A stretch of 64,000 nucleotides of DNA, from the NCBI GenBank assembly GCA_024653345.1, contig JANLFV010000002.1:4830-68829 (forward strand), written 5' to 3'. Below, in pieces: positions 20,510-30,038 of this stretch. Position 1 is the stretch's first letter. Every line of letters starts with the position of its first letter. The DNA comes from Candidatus Acetothermia bacterium (GTDB lineage Bacteria; Bipolaricaulota; Bipolaricaulia; RBG-16-55-9; JANLFV01). The notes under the pieces were generated by a model. That model saw nothing but the letters and a program-made list of their open reading frames with translations, made no database searches and was not told the DNA's origin. Position numbers and translations under genes: made by a program.

Positions 20510-22182
20510 CGCTCCGGCGTGAGATTCATCAGGTCGATCAACCGCTCCGCCAGCTTCCTAAAGACGGTTCCCGCCGTCTGCCCTCCCCAGTAGGGCTCGA
20601 CCCCCACCTCATCCAGGACCACGAGGATCGCGAACTGCGGCCTCTCGGCTGGGAAGAAGCCGAGGAACGACGAGACATACTTCCCCTCGACATAGCCCTC
20701 GCCGGGAAGGGCCTTCTGGGCCGTCCCGCTCTTCGCGGCGATGGAGAACCCCTTGATCCTCGCTGCCATCCCGGTGCCGCTCTCCACCACCTCGACCATC
20801 ATCCCCTTCAAGGCCGCGATGCTCCACGAGCCGGCCACCTGCCTCGCGATCTCGGGCTTGAGCCTCTCGACCTTCCCGTCGCTCCTCCTGATCTCCTTGA
20901 TCAGTTGGGGCTTGAGAAAGATGCCCCCGTTGGCCAGAGCTGCCCCCGCAGCGAGCAACTGGATCCCAGTGACGGAGATCGCCTGGCCGATGGCGATCGC
21001 GGCCCGATCGGGCGCCGACCATTGCGAGACCGGCCTCAGGCTGCCCCCGACCTCGCCGGGCAGCCCGAGGCCCGCCTCCTGGCCGAACCCCAGCCTTCTC
21101 AGGAAGTCGTAGAGCTGCTCCTCCTCCAGCCGGAGGGAGACGCGGATCATCCCCGTGTTGATCGACCGGCTGATGATATCCTTCAGCGTGACCGGGCCGT
21201 AGCTGTGGTTGGGAGCATTGCGGAACCGATGGCCGCCGACGATCACCGGCTCGTTCCCGCTCACCCTCTCATCTGTCGTGATCACGCCATACTCGAGTGC
21301 CGCCAGGGCGACGAAGACCTTCATGACGGACCCTGGCTCGAAGGGCCAGCTGATCGCGTAGTTCAGCCGCTCCTCCGGCGTGGAGTGGGCGAAGTCGTTC
21401 GGATCGTAGCGCCGGGCCTGGGCCAATGCCAACAGCTCACCGGTCTCTGGGTCCATCACGGCGATGAAGCCGTTCTTAGCCTGGTATTCTGCCACACCCC
21501 AGCTGATCTTCTCCTCGGCCAGATGCTGGACCCGAGCATCGATGGTCAGCACGAGGTCCGCCCCGGGCCGACCGGCCTCGCGCACGCGCTCGGCGATGAT
21601 CTCGCCGTCCCCGCTCCGTAAGAGCCTGAGCCTCCCTGGAGTTCCCCTCAACAGCTCGTCGAATCCCAGCTCCAGCCCTTCCAGACCCTGATTGTCCAGG
21701 CCGGCAAAGCCGAGCAGGCTCGAGGCCAGCTCCCCCTGAGGGTAGACGCGCCGCCACTCGGGGATGATGATCAGCCCCTTCACCTGGGCCTCGCGCGCCT
21801 CCTTCTCGACCCGCTCGGCCGTAGCCGGATCCACCTTCCGCTTGATCCAGACGAAGTAGCTCTCTTGGGCGAACGCGTCCCGGAGGAATGAGTCACTCAG
21901 CCCGAGATTCCTCTTGAGGATAGACTTCAGGGCCTCGGCCTTCTCCAGGTGCTGCGGATCGATGGCGAACGAGTAGCTCTGCAGGTCGCTGGCCAGGAGG
22001 AGGCCATTCCGGTCATAGATCCGCCCTCGGGGATAGGGCTCGACCAGCTCTCGCTCCTGAATCCTTTGGGCTTGGGCCACCCAGAAGCCATGCTGAAGGA
22101 CTTGCAACTGGAAGAGCCTCCCGCCGGTTGCCGCCAGGAGGAGGAAGAGGAGCGCAAGGGCCAGCTTGAGCCGGAGTGTCAT
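20506..22182 (-). CDS. penicillin-binding protein 2 / FtsI-type transpeptidase
   Basis: 558 aa with an N-terminal transmembrane helix, a PBP dimerisation domain and a transpeptidase domain (SxxK, SxN, KTG motifs). Confidence 0.85.
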   Translation of the reverse strand: MTLRLKLALALLFLLLAATGGRLFQLQVLQHGFWVAQAQRIQERELVEPYPRGRIYDRNGLLLASDLQSYSFAIDPQHLEKAEALKSILKRNLGLSDSFLRDAFAQESYFVWIKRKVDPATAERVEKEAREAQVKGLIIIPEWRRVYPQGELASSLLGFAGLDNQGLEGLELGFDELLRGTPGRLRLLRSGDGEIIAERVREAGRPGADLVLTIDARVQHLAEEKISWGVAEYQAKNGFIAVMDPETGELLALAQARRYDPNDFAHSTPEERLNYAISWPFEPGSVMKVFVALAALEYGVITTDERVSGNEPVIVGGHRFRNAPNHSYGPVTLKDIISRSINTGMIRVSLRLEEEQLYDFLRRLGFGQEAGLGLPGEVGGSLRPVSQWSAPDRAAIAIGQAISVTGIQLLAAGAALANGGIFLKPQLIKEIRRSDGKVERLKPEIARQVAGSWSIAALKGMMVEVVESGTGMAARIKGFSIAAKSGTAQKALPGEGYVEGKYVSSFLGFFPAERPQFAILVVLDEVGVEPYWGGQTAGTVFRKLAERLIDLMNLTPER

Positions 22183-22592
22183 CTCTCTGGCTGAGAGAGG
22201 CGGAGGTAGCGGAGCGGGGGCTCGACCAGCCCCAGGACTGTCCTAGCGTAGAGGCCAATCCGCTCGAGGGAGAAGGCCTGTTCGACCTTGAGTTCGAGGG
22301 CCTGGTTCTGGGCCTCGAGCCTCTCCACAGCCGCCTGGCGGACAACGAACTGGCTTCGCAGGTCCGTCAAGCGCCACCCCTGCCAGATGAAGAGGAGGGC
22401 CAGCGCGGCCGCGATGACCAGGATCGAGGCGAGCGCCGCCCGCGCCAGGGTCAGCGATTCCGCAGCCTCGGGCCGGGCCTCACCGAGATACTCCCAGGAG
22501 CGGTTGAAGACCGGCGACCCTCGCCGCGACCCGAACCCCCGCCGAGGCTGGGGGAAGGAGAGCGTGACCATGCCCACAGTCCGCTTGGCCAT
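22179..22592 (-). CDS. cell division protein FtsL-like
   Basis: 137 aa with a single transmembrane helix, a coiled coil and a C-terminal ERIGLYARTVLGLVEP motif. It sits between rsmH and the PBP gene. Confidence 0.55.
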   Translation of the reverse strand: MAKRTVGMVTLSFPQPRRGFGSRRGSPVFNRSWEYLGEARPEAAESLTLARAALASILVIAAALALLFIWQGWRLTDLRSQFVVRQAAVERLEAQNQALELKVEQAFSLERIGLYARTVLGLVEPPLRYLRLSQPER

Positions 22593-22656
22593 CGCCGCTC
22601 AGTCTAAGCCTGGCACGGGAGGACATAGAAGGACAGCTGTCGAGCCTCTCAAAGAA

Positions 22657-23583
22657 CTAGAAGACCTTGGGGGTGGCGCGCGCGGCGGCGCGGAGCTTGG
22701 CACTCCGGGCCCGGGGATTGGCCGCGATCTCCTCGGGCGTGGGCCGGATCAGCTTGCGGAGCTCGGCCTCCCCGCGCTCGGCCAGCCCGCGGAAGAACTG
22801 CTTGACGATCCGGTCTTCCAGCGAGTGAAAGGAGATCACGACCATCATCCCTCCTGGGGCGAGCCGGCTGAACCCGGCCTCTAGGCCCGCCCGGAGGTTC
22901 CCCAGCTCGTCATTGACTGCGATCCTCAAGGCCTGGAATGTCCGCGTCGCTGGATGGATCTTCACCCTCCGCCGCGCGGCGCGCCGCGCGGGAGCGGGGA
23001 TTGCCGCTGAGACCAGCTCAGCTAGCTGGGCAGTCCGCTCGAGCGGCTCGCGCTCGCGCGCCTCGACGATCCTGGAAACAATCCGCGGAGCCCAGCGCTC
23101 CTCGCCGTATTCCCTCAGGATCTTGATCAGCTCATCCCGGGTGTAGCTGTTGACGATCTCCGCGGCTGTCAAGGTGTTGTGCTCCCGGTCCATGCGCATG
23201 TCCAGCGGCCCGTCGCTTCTGAAGCTGAACCCCCGCTCGGCGGAGTCCAGGTGCATCGAGGAGAGGCCGAGGTCGAAGAGGAGGCCGTGGACTTGGGCGA
23301 CGCCCAGCCGGTCGAGGACGGCGGCCAGGTCGCGGAAGTTGGCCTGGACGAGCCGCACTCTCTCCTCGAACGGCTTCAGCCGCTCGTGGGCGCACTCCAG
23401 GGCCTCGCTGTCCCAGTCGATCCCGATGAGCAGGCCGGTATCGAGCCGCTTGGCGATCTCGTAGGCGTGGCCGCCGCAGCCGACGGTGGCATCGAGGTAG
23501 ATCCCATCATCTCTGATGCCAAGGAGACTGATTACCTCCTGCAGCAGGACCGGCTTGTGAGGCAACGCGCGCGACTGGCTCAT
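22657..23583 (-). CDS. rsmH: 16S rRNA (cytosine1402-N4)-methyltransferase RsmH (MraW)
   Basis: Start trimmed to MSQSRALPHKPVLLQEVI at 23583. SAM-binding motif DATVGCGGH and the motif FHSLEDRIVK are present. Confidence 0.9.
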   Translation of the reverse strand: MSQSRALPHKPVLLQEVISLLGIRDDGIYLDATVGCGGHAYEIAKRLDTGLLIGIDWDSEALECAHERLKPFEERVRLVQANFRDLAAVLDRLGVAQVHGLLFDLGLSSMHLDSAERGFSFRSDGPLDMRMDREHNTLTAAEIVNSYTRDELIKILREYGEERWAPRIVSRIVEAREREPLERTAQLAELVSAAIPAPARRAARRRVKIHPATRTFQALRIAVNDELGNLRAGLEAGFSRLAPGGMMVVISFHSLEDRIVKQFFRGLAERGEAELRKLIRPTPEEIAANPRARSAKLRAAARATPKVF

Positions 23584-23590
23584 GCAGTGC

Positions 23591-24733
23591 TCACCGCTCT
23601 CCTCTTGCACCTCTCGTTCTCCTCTTTGGCTTCCGCGCTTCGAGCGCCTTTGCCATCCTCCGGAAAGCCTCCTCCAATGCGGCATTTGCCTGCTGGCGCA
23701 GCTGGGGCGCGGCCAAGGCAAGCTTGGCCCGATACTCCGCTTCATTCTTCCGCAACTCCTCAAGGCCGGCAAGGAGGGCCTCTGCCGTAGCCTCGGTCGC
23801 CAGCACCAAGGGAATCGGCAGCTCGGTGACCTTCTCAACCGTGCGGGCGAACTCCTCGACCTTCAGGTCGTAGCTGAGCGCGAGGAATGGAACGCCGGTG
23901 ATGAAGGCGAACTCCAGAGCATGGAGCCTCATCCCCACCATCAGCCGGGTCTGACCGACTATGGCCAGCGCCTCGGCTAGGGGCAGCCCCGCGAGGTCGA
24001 TGACTAGGCTCCCCACATTCATGGCTCGGCGGACCTCTTCCGCCAGGCGGAGGTCTTCCCGCGGGAAGAGGGGGAAGAGGGTCGGCCGGAGGCCGAACCG
24101 GCGGTGGGCCTCCTCGAGCCCGGCGGCTACCGCAGCGATGAAGCGGCCCCGCTCGCCCTCCAGCGGCTCTCGAAGGGAGATGCCGAGGAGGTCGGCCGCC
24201 TGCGCGCGCGGTGGCGCCTCGAATGGCAGGCCGAGCGCTAGGTCATGCCCTCGGAGGAGTTGGCCCCGGTCGGCCCCCCACTCTTGCAAGAGCTTCAGGC
24301 TCAGCTCATCCCGGACCATCACGCACTCTGCCCGCTTCAGCTCACGGACTGCCAGTTGCCTCAGGAAGCGACGTCGGAGTGGCCCGACCCCCTGCCCAAT
24401 CAGAAAGACGGGGACCCTTCTCAGCCGTGCGAGGCGGAGAAGCCCCAGGTAGTAGAGCGCCGAGCGGAGGCTGGTGGTGTCTTGCAAGAGCCCTCCGCCA
24501 CCGAGGAGGAAGAGCCTCGCTCGTCCCAACTCCCGCCAGATTCTCAGCGGATTCCAGCGGCTGATCGCCCTTGTCCCATACGCGCGGGCTGTCTCGCCAG
24601 GTGCTTGGGAGAGGACTACTGGCTCCACATGAGGAAGGCGCTCGCGTAGGCTTCTCAGCAGCGCATAGAGGAGTGCCTCATCGCCGAGGTTGCCGAATCC
24701 GTAGTAACCTCCGATCAGGACCCGCTCCGCCAC
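23591..24733 (-). CDS. csaB: polysaccharide pyruvyl transferase CsaB
   Basis: 380 aa. The N-terminus GGYYGFGNLGDEALL and the overall length match the pyruvyl transferase / CsaB family. Confidence 0.8.
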   Translation of the reverse strand: MAERVLIGGYYGFGNLGDEALLYALLRSLRERLPHVEPVVLSQAPGETARAYGTRAISRWNPLRIWRELGRARLFLLGGGGLLQDTTSLRSALYYLGLLRLARLRRVPVFLIGQGVGPLRRRFLRQLAVRELKRAECVMVRDELSLKLLQEWGADRGQLLRGHDLALGLPFEAPPRAQAADLLGISLREPLEGERGRFIAAVAAGLEEAHRRFGLRPTLFPLFPREDLRLAEEVRRAMNVGSLVIDLAGLPLAEALAIVGQTRLMVGMRLHALEFAFITGVPFLALSYDLKVEEFARTVEKVTELPIPLVLATEATAEALLAGLEELRKNEAEYRAKLALAAPQLRQQANAALEEAFRRMAKALEARKPKRRTRGARGER

Positions 24734-26319
24734 AGCCGCTCACCCCCGCGCACTACCGCCCAAACGATGATGCCGATCAGCAAGCCGAGGAGCAGGCCGT
24801 TGACCGTCCGGAGGAGCGAGAGAAGGAAGGGCGTATGGATGTGGGCGAAGGTGTTGACGATCGAGGCCTGGCCGACCAGCCCCAGAGCCAGGAAGACGAT
24901 CTGGTAGTCACCGAGCCTCCTCCGACGGGCTCCCCAGAGGAGCAGGAGCGGATGGCCGATCAAGAACTCCTTGAATCGCGGCCGGGCGTAGAGCAGCTCC
25001 TCGAGGAGCCCACGCACTCGTCCTTCAAGCCCACTGACTGGGACGATCGAGAGGTTGTCGCTCCGCAGCAGGGCGACGGCGAGCACTCCGGCGCCGAGCA
25101 GCAAGAGCAGAAGCTCTCCCAGCGTCGGCCTGCGCAGCAGGAGCCTCCTCAGCCGGGAGAGGCCGCATCGGGCAGATTCGAGGGAGAAGACGATGACGAG
25201 CGGGAGGATGAGCGCGGCCTTCACGCCGCGGAACTCCTCCAGCTTGAGGAAGAACTCCCAATCGCTGAGGATCGTCCCCACCCATAGTCCGCCAAGCAGC
25301 GCTATGGCAGAGAAGGAGAGGAGCTGGGCGATCCCCTGGGTCAGGGAATCCCGTGCTTGGCCGCAGCGCGGGGCGCAGAGGAGGTAGCCCGCGACCGGGG
25401 CGAGGACTGCTGTGGCCCAGGCGGCCGCGAGGCGGAAGAGCCTTCCGCCCGAACAGATTCCCGCCGCGATCACGGCCAGGCCCAGCAGGAGCAAGAGGGC
25501 GTTAGCTGACAGCCTCAGCGGCCAAGCCCTGTTCAGGGCGAGCAGACCCAGGCTGAGCGGACCAAGGAGGATGACGGCCAAGAGCGGCGGCGCCAAAGTA
25601 AAGTCGGCCCGTGCCTTCGGGATGCCCAGTTGGAAGCCATCTTGCTGCAGGAGGGTCGTCAGCCGCTCTAAGTAGACCAGGTTGCGGTCGGAGGGCGCGT
25701 TGAAGGGAAGCACGAGAACGAGCCGGATGTTCCTCTCTCGGACCGCACGGCGGAAGCGGGCCAATGCGGCACTCACGGTCAGCTCTTCCAGTTCCTCTGG
25801 CTTGATCATGTGCGCTCGGACGAAAGCGCGGAAGCCCAGCCGATAAAGGTCTTCATCGACCGGCGCGGGCGCAAACTCCAGTGACCCCACCAGAGTTCCG
25901 TTCCTTTCGAGAAGGTCGGCGATCTCCTCCACCTGGTCCTGTGTGTATCCGTCCTGCCCTTGATCTTGGAACAGGACCAGTCGCGGCCCGAGCTCGGCCA
26001 GTCGAGCAAGAGACTCCCTCAGCTCGTCGGCGTCATAGCACGAGAGGTTGGGGAAGAGAAGGAGCGGCTCCAGGCCGCCTCGGCGGAGCTCGACTACCTC
26101 GAGTTGATCTGTGCTGAAGGGATCGACAGCGACGGCCGCTATGCCCCGGCGGGCCAGTTCCTCGAGCGAGCCCTCGCCAATACCCCAACTGCTGAGCTCT
26201 TGATAGCTGACGGCGACGGCCAGGGTTCGGTAGCTCCCCTCCCAGTTGATGCGCGCGGCAGCGACATAGGTCGAGGCCCCGAGCGAGAGGAGCAGTAGCA
26301 AGATGAGCAGAGATTTCAT
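24715..26319 (-). CDS. large membrane protein with exported N-terminal domain and polytopic C-terminal domain (possibly DUF5693-type, co-located with csaB)
   Basis: A signal peptide from MKSLLILLLLLSLGAS (start 26319), an extracytoplasmic domain of about 270 aa, then roughly 8 transmembrane helices. The family assignment is tentative. Confidence 0.5.
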   Translation of the reverse strand: MKSLLILLLLLSLGASTYVAAARINWEGSYRTLAVAVSYQELSSWGIGEGSLEELARRGIAAVAVDPFSTDQLEVVELRRGGLEPLLLFPNLSCYDADELRESLARLAELGPRLVLFQDQGQDGYTQDQVEEIADLLERNGTLVGSLEFAPAPVDEDLYRLGFRAFVRAHMIKPEELEELTVSAALARFRRAVRERNIRLVLVLPFNAPSDRNLVYLERLTTLLQQDGFQLGIPKARADFTLAPPLLAVILLGPLSLGLLALNRAWPLRLSANALLLLLGLAVIAAGICSGGRLFRLAAAWATAVLAPVAGYLLCAPRCGQARDSLTQGIAQLLSFSAIALLGGLWVGTILSDWEFFLKLEEFRGVKAALILPLVIVFSLESARCGLSRLRRLLLRRPTLGELLLLLLGAGVLAVALLRSDNLSIVPVSGLEGRVRGLLEELLYARPRFKEFLIGHPLLLLWGARRRRLGDYQIVFLALGLVGQASIVNTFAHIHTPFLLSLLRTVNGLLLGLLIGIIVWAVVRGGERLWRSGS

Positions 26320-26482
26320 CCTAGCAATCTGTGGGTCCACTATACCGATCGGCCTTGGCGAGAGCAAATGGCGTGCTCACCGTGGGAGCGAGTTCCACCC
26401 TGGCCTCGACAGCGGTCCTTGAGCCCCCGCCGGGGTGCGGGCAAACTGGCGCTAGGCAAATCTCGCATAGGGAGGTCAGACG

Positions 26483-26920
26483 ATGCGGAAATTGCTCTGG
26501 CTCCTGGTCGTTCCGGCTCTTCTCAGCTCGGGCGCAGCGGCCCAGCCGCGGAATTTCTCCGAGGGCCGAGGGCTGGGGATCGGCCTCCAAGCCCCTTGTG
26601 CGATCAGCATCCGCTACTGGATGAGCGACGAGCGCGGCCTGGAGGGGAACTTCCTCCTTCTGACCGATAACGTCTGCCTGGCGGGCAAGGCCCTCTTCCG
26701 CCTCGGGGATACGAGCAACTTCGATCTCTATGCCCTTGCGGGGGCATGGTATCTCAGCCTCTATGACGAGAGCAGGCTCCAGGTCTTCGCGCTGGCGGGG
26801 ATGGAGCTATCCATCTCCCGTAATCTGGCAATCAATCTGGAGTTCGGCGAGTCGCTCGGCTTCGATCAACGGTATGAGTTCCTGATCAGCACTGGGATCC
26901 ACTTCTACTTCCAGAGATGA
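26483..26920 (+). CDS. small secreted outer-membrane beta-barrel-like protein (paralog A)
   Basis: 145 aa with a signal peptide, alternating hydrophobic beta-strand patterning and a C-terminal aromatic signature HFYFQR. Confidence 0.55.
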   Translation: MRKLLWLLVVPALLSSGAAAQPRNFSEGRGLGIGLQAPCAISIRYWMSDERGLEGNFLLLTDNVCLAGKALFRLGDTSNFDLYALAGAWYLSLYDESRLQVFALAGMELSISRNLAINLEFGESLGFDQRYEFLISTGIHFYFQR

Positions 26921-27042
26921 GGGAGTGTGACCGTGATCACCTCGGTCCGGGACGGAGTTCAGCGGCCCCCTCAACGGGGGTCCTTCAATGGCCTGAGGGA
27001 GTGGCTACGCTGGAAGTGCCGATTCTGTAAAGGAGGTCCTGC

Positions 27043-27522
27043 ATGAGGAAGCTTCTGTTCTTGGTCCTGGCGCTCGTCGCGATCGCCGCGGCATTCTCGG
27101 TCTTGGGATTTGCCCAGGAGGATTACTCCGCCGGCCGGCTCTTTGGGATCGGGGCCGAGGTGACCGCCCCCATCCGGAGCCCGGTCGATCCCGCTTGGCC
27201 GAACATGTTCCCCGCCACTGGCCTCTCCACCAGGCTCTGGCTCGCTGATCTCTTCGGGATCGACGTGAACTTCTGGGTCTTCCCCGGCTTCCCCTCGTTT
27301 GCCATCCGGACGCTCTTCAAGTTCTTCAACACCTCGATCGTCGACATCTACACCGGTCTGGGAATGGCGTTCTTCAACGGAGCGACCCCCTTCCAGCTGG
27401 TGAGCGGGATGGAGGTCTCAATCTCCCGGAACCTGGCGCTGAACTTCGAGGTCGGGGTCTTCGGCTTCGGGGCGACGAGCGGCGGGGTGAGTGCGGGCCT
27501 GGGGGCCCACTTCTACTTCTGA
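27043..27522 (+). CDS. small secreted outer-membrane beta-barrel-like protein (paralog B)
   Basis: 159 aa with a signal peptide; shares EVSISRNLALNFE and a C-terminal HFYF with paralog A. Confidence 0.55.
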   Translation: MRKLLFLVLALVAIAAAFSVLGFAQEDYSAGRLFGIGAEVTAPIRSPVDPAWPNMFPATGLSTRLWLADLFGIDVNFWVFPGFPSFAIRTLFKFFNTSIVDIYTGLGMAFFNGATPFQLVSGMEVSISRNLALNFEVGVFGFGATSGGVSAGLGAHFYF

Positions 27523-27634
27523 TCCGCTGAGCCGCTCGCGATCAAGAGCGCGGTAGTTGCTGCCTGAGCCACCTCTTCCCTCGGGGGGTATTGACAGCCT
27601 CCCCCGCGGGGTGTATCTTTGCTCCGGTGAGAGG

Positions 27635-27892
27635 ATGAGGGAAGGGGAGGCTTTGCTCTTCTGCCCCCGTTGCGGGGGCCGGCGCCTCCGTCTGCGGAGC
27701 GAGGTCTACGCTTGCTACGACGCTCGGATCGTCGAGGGGCGGGTGAGCTGGCAGAGCAATCGGCTCGTCCTGGTCAATCCCGATCGGGTCACTCCCAAAG
27801 CGACGATCATCTGCCTCGACTGCCTGGCCCGCTTTGAGGAGTTCGAGCTCCTGGAGAACGGCGAGATAATCCTGAGGAATCGCGGGGGGTGA
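27635..27892 (+). CDS. small zinc-ribbon protein
   Basis: 85 aa with CPRCGG...CLDC. Start trimmed to MREGE at 27635. Confidence 0.45.
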   Translation: MREGEALLFCPRCGGRRLRLRSEVYACYDARIVEGRVSWQSNRLVLVNPDRVTPKATIICLDCLARFEEFELLENGEIILRNRGG

Positions 27893-27896
27893 GAGG

Positions 27897-28658
27897 ATGC
27901 GCGGAAGATGGGCTTGGGCGCTGCTGCTCGGCCTCCTGGTGCTGGCAAGCTTCACGGTCTTGGCCCAGGAGGAGCCGAGCCAGGCCGAACTGGAGGCGGT
28001 GCTGAAGCAGACCGGTGCCGATGAGGTGATCGTGAAGAAGCTCGGCTGGGTCCTCATCGGCAAGGGCGTGATCGACGATCAGCTACTGGCCTTCGGCGTG
28101 ACGCTGAAGATCGCTGCCGAGCTCGAGGAATACCCGGGGCTGAAAGTCGATCGCTGGCTCAAGGAGAAGCTGGGCCGGGAGCCGTCCAAGGCCGAGCTGA
28201 ACTGGATGGACATGGTCAAGGGGAGCCTGCAGACCAGCTACCCCGACCTCTACGGCTCGCTGCGGGAGGCCCTCAAGAACCTCCGGACCAAGCCGACAGT
28301 CCAGCCCGGCTCGGATCTCAGCTCGGTCCTCACCTCGCTGCAGACCCTCAATCAGCGGCTGACCAGCCTCGAGGACCGCGTGACCGCGCTCACCCAGCAG
28401 AGGGACGCGTCGGCGGAGGAGTTGGCAGCCCTGAGGCAGGAGTTCGAGAGCCTCAAGGAGAGCCTGCCCGACCCGGCAGCGCTCAGCGGCCTCTCCGCCA
28501 ATTTGCCGCAGATGGCGAGCCTCCAGGACGAGGTGAGCCGGCTCAATCGCTCCCAGAGCAGCCAGCGGGGCTTGACGATCTTCCTGATCATCCTCGTGTT
28601 TCTGCTCTTGACCTGGCTGGTCTTCTTGAGGGCGCGGGAGATTTCGCGAGTGCTCTGA
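27897..28658 (+). CDS. secreted coiled-coil protein with C-terminal membrane anchor
   Basis: 253 aa with a signal peptide, a long Leu/Gln/Ser-rich coiled coil and a C-terminal transmembrane helix LTIFLIILVFLLLTWLVFL. Confidence 0.5.
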   Translation: MRGRWAWALLLGLLVLASFTVLAQEEPSQAELEAVLKQTGADEVIVKKLGWVLIGKGVIDDQLLAFGVTLKIAAELEEYPGLKVDRWLKEKLGREPSKAELNWMDMVKGSLQTSYPDLYGSLREALKNLRTKPTVQPGSDLSSVLTSLQTLNQRLTSLEDRVTALTQQRDASAEELAALRQEFESLKESLPDPAALSGLSANLPQMASLQDEVSRLNRSQSSQRGLTIFLIILVFLLLTWLVFLRAREISRVL

Positions 28659-28659
28659 G

Positions 28660-29889
28660 TCAAGGCTCCGCGAAGACCTTCAGCACATCCAGCTCCCTCA
28701 CCTCGAGGGAGAGCCCGAGGAGGGCGGCAAGGCTCGGAGTGGTCCGCCCGCTGTCGCCGGAGAGGAGTTCCTTCACATAGAGTCCGCCATCGCAGCGGAC
28801 CTCGATGAGCGCCTCCCGTTCGCTCAAGAGCTCCCCGCGGGCTTCCCAGACCCTCCTGCTCCTCACGAGGTCGGCCCGCCGATGGGCGACCCGCCGAGGG
28901 GTCCGCTGGGCGATCGGCCCGACCAGGTCACGCAGGGCAGCTTCGAGTTCTTCAGCGCTCACCGGGCGGTCGAACTCCACCCTGGCCCGATAGAACTTCT
29001 CGGCCCTCCCGCTCTTCAGCCGCTCAATCGCTCCCCGTGTCACGAACCTCAGGTCACCGACTTCCACCTTGCTGGCGGCTCGCTCGTTGATCTGGTCCGT
29101 CAAAGCCTGGAGATCGAGGCTGCGAAGCCGCGGCTCGCGGACCTCGATGATGAACGGCCGGCCTTCGCCGAGCATCCGAGCGTCAATGTCCTCTCGCCCT
29201 GAGCCGTGGAAGGCCGAGCTGCTCCCCCGCGCGGCCTCCAGAACCGGCGGGCTGATCAGCTCCTCGACGCTCTCGGGATACTGCTTCCCCGTGAAGTCGC
29301 ACTTCTCGCAGCCTCGCCCGCGGCAGGCTCGGCAGGGCCAGTGGGTCTGAGGGATGCCCCGCACGAGCTTCTTGTAGCGGCCGTAGATGAAGAGGGGCGC
29401 GATCTTGAGCTCCACCCGGTCCCATACAAGATCGAGGAGGAGGGCTACCTCGGGGTTGTGGAGGTCGACCGCCGCGCCGCGGGCTTGCAAGGCCGCCTCG
29501 AGCCGCTTCCCCACCTCGCGGTTGAGGTCGTGCTTCAAGAGCTCTGCTCCTTCAAGCCCGTGTCTTCGCTGGAGCTCGGCCTCTTGCTCCTCGAGGAACT
29601 CCGGCCAGTGGCTGCCTACGACGAAGCTCCTGAACTCGAGCCCCTCGAGCTGCGCGAGGGCGCGGCTAGACCACTGGTCAACCTTCAGGAGGTGGCCGAG
29701 GCAGAGCTGGCAATAGCGCGGCTCCTCATAGGGCCGATCGTCCTCCATGGCGAGCATGATGCGGATAGCCCGGCCCCGGTCGCGGTTGCTCAGGCCATGG
29801 CTCCGTCGCCCGAATTGCCGCCCCAGACAGGAGTCGCACAGCTCGCGCTCGGCGAGGATCTCCCTGGCTAGGTCGAGGATCTTCGACAT
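28660..29889 (-). CDS. tRNA pseudouridine(54/55) synthase Pus10 homolog
   Basis: 409 aa with N-terminal CxxC pairs (CDSCLGRQFG, CQLCLGHL). The catalytic motif GREDIDARMLGEGRPF, the motif RTPRRVAHRRADLVRSRRV and GGLYVKELLSGDSGRTTPS match Pus10 signatures as I recall them. Confidence 0.65.
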   Translation of the reverse strand: MSKILDLAREILAERELCDSCLGRQFGRRSHGLSNRDRGRAIRIMLAMEDDRPYEEPRYCQLCLGHLLKVDQWSSRALAQLEGLEFRSFVVGSHWPEFLEEQEAELQRRHGLEGAELLKHDLNREVGKRLEAALQARGAAVDLHNPEVALLLDLVWDRVELKIAPLFIYGRYKKLVRGIPQTHWPCRACRGRGCEKCDFTGKQYPESVEELISPPVLEAARGSSSAFHGSGREDIDARMLGEGRPFIIEVREPRLRSLDLQALTDQINERAASKVEVGDLRFVTRGAIERLKSGRAEKFYRARVEFDRPVSAEELEAALRDLVGPIAQRTPRRVAHRRADLVRSRRVWEARGELLSEREALIEVRCDGGLYVKELLSGDSGRTTPSLAALLGLSLEVRELDVLKVFAEP

Positions 29890-30038
29890 CAGACGGGATT
29901 ATACAGCTCCGCTTACCCGGGTGCAGCCGGCAGGCCGCTGCGGACCGCACCTCGACAGGGGAAGTCCGGGCCGCGCCGCTCGAGTGTTACCCGTGCCACA
30001 TTAGCGTTCGGCTACCGGGAGTTATAATCCCGACTAAC

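Noticed and set aside
22592-23838. Presence of mraZ upstream of rsmH.
   Set aside because: The region upstream of rsmH is occupied by csaB ending 8 nt before the rsmH start. No MraZ-like ORF is present in any frame.
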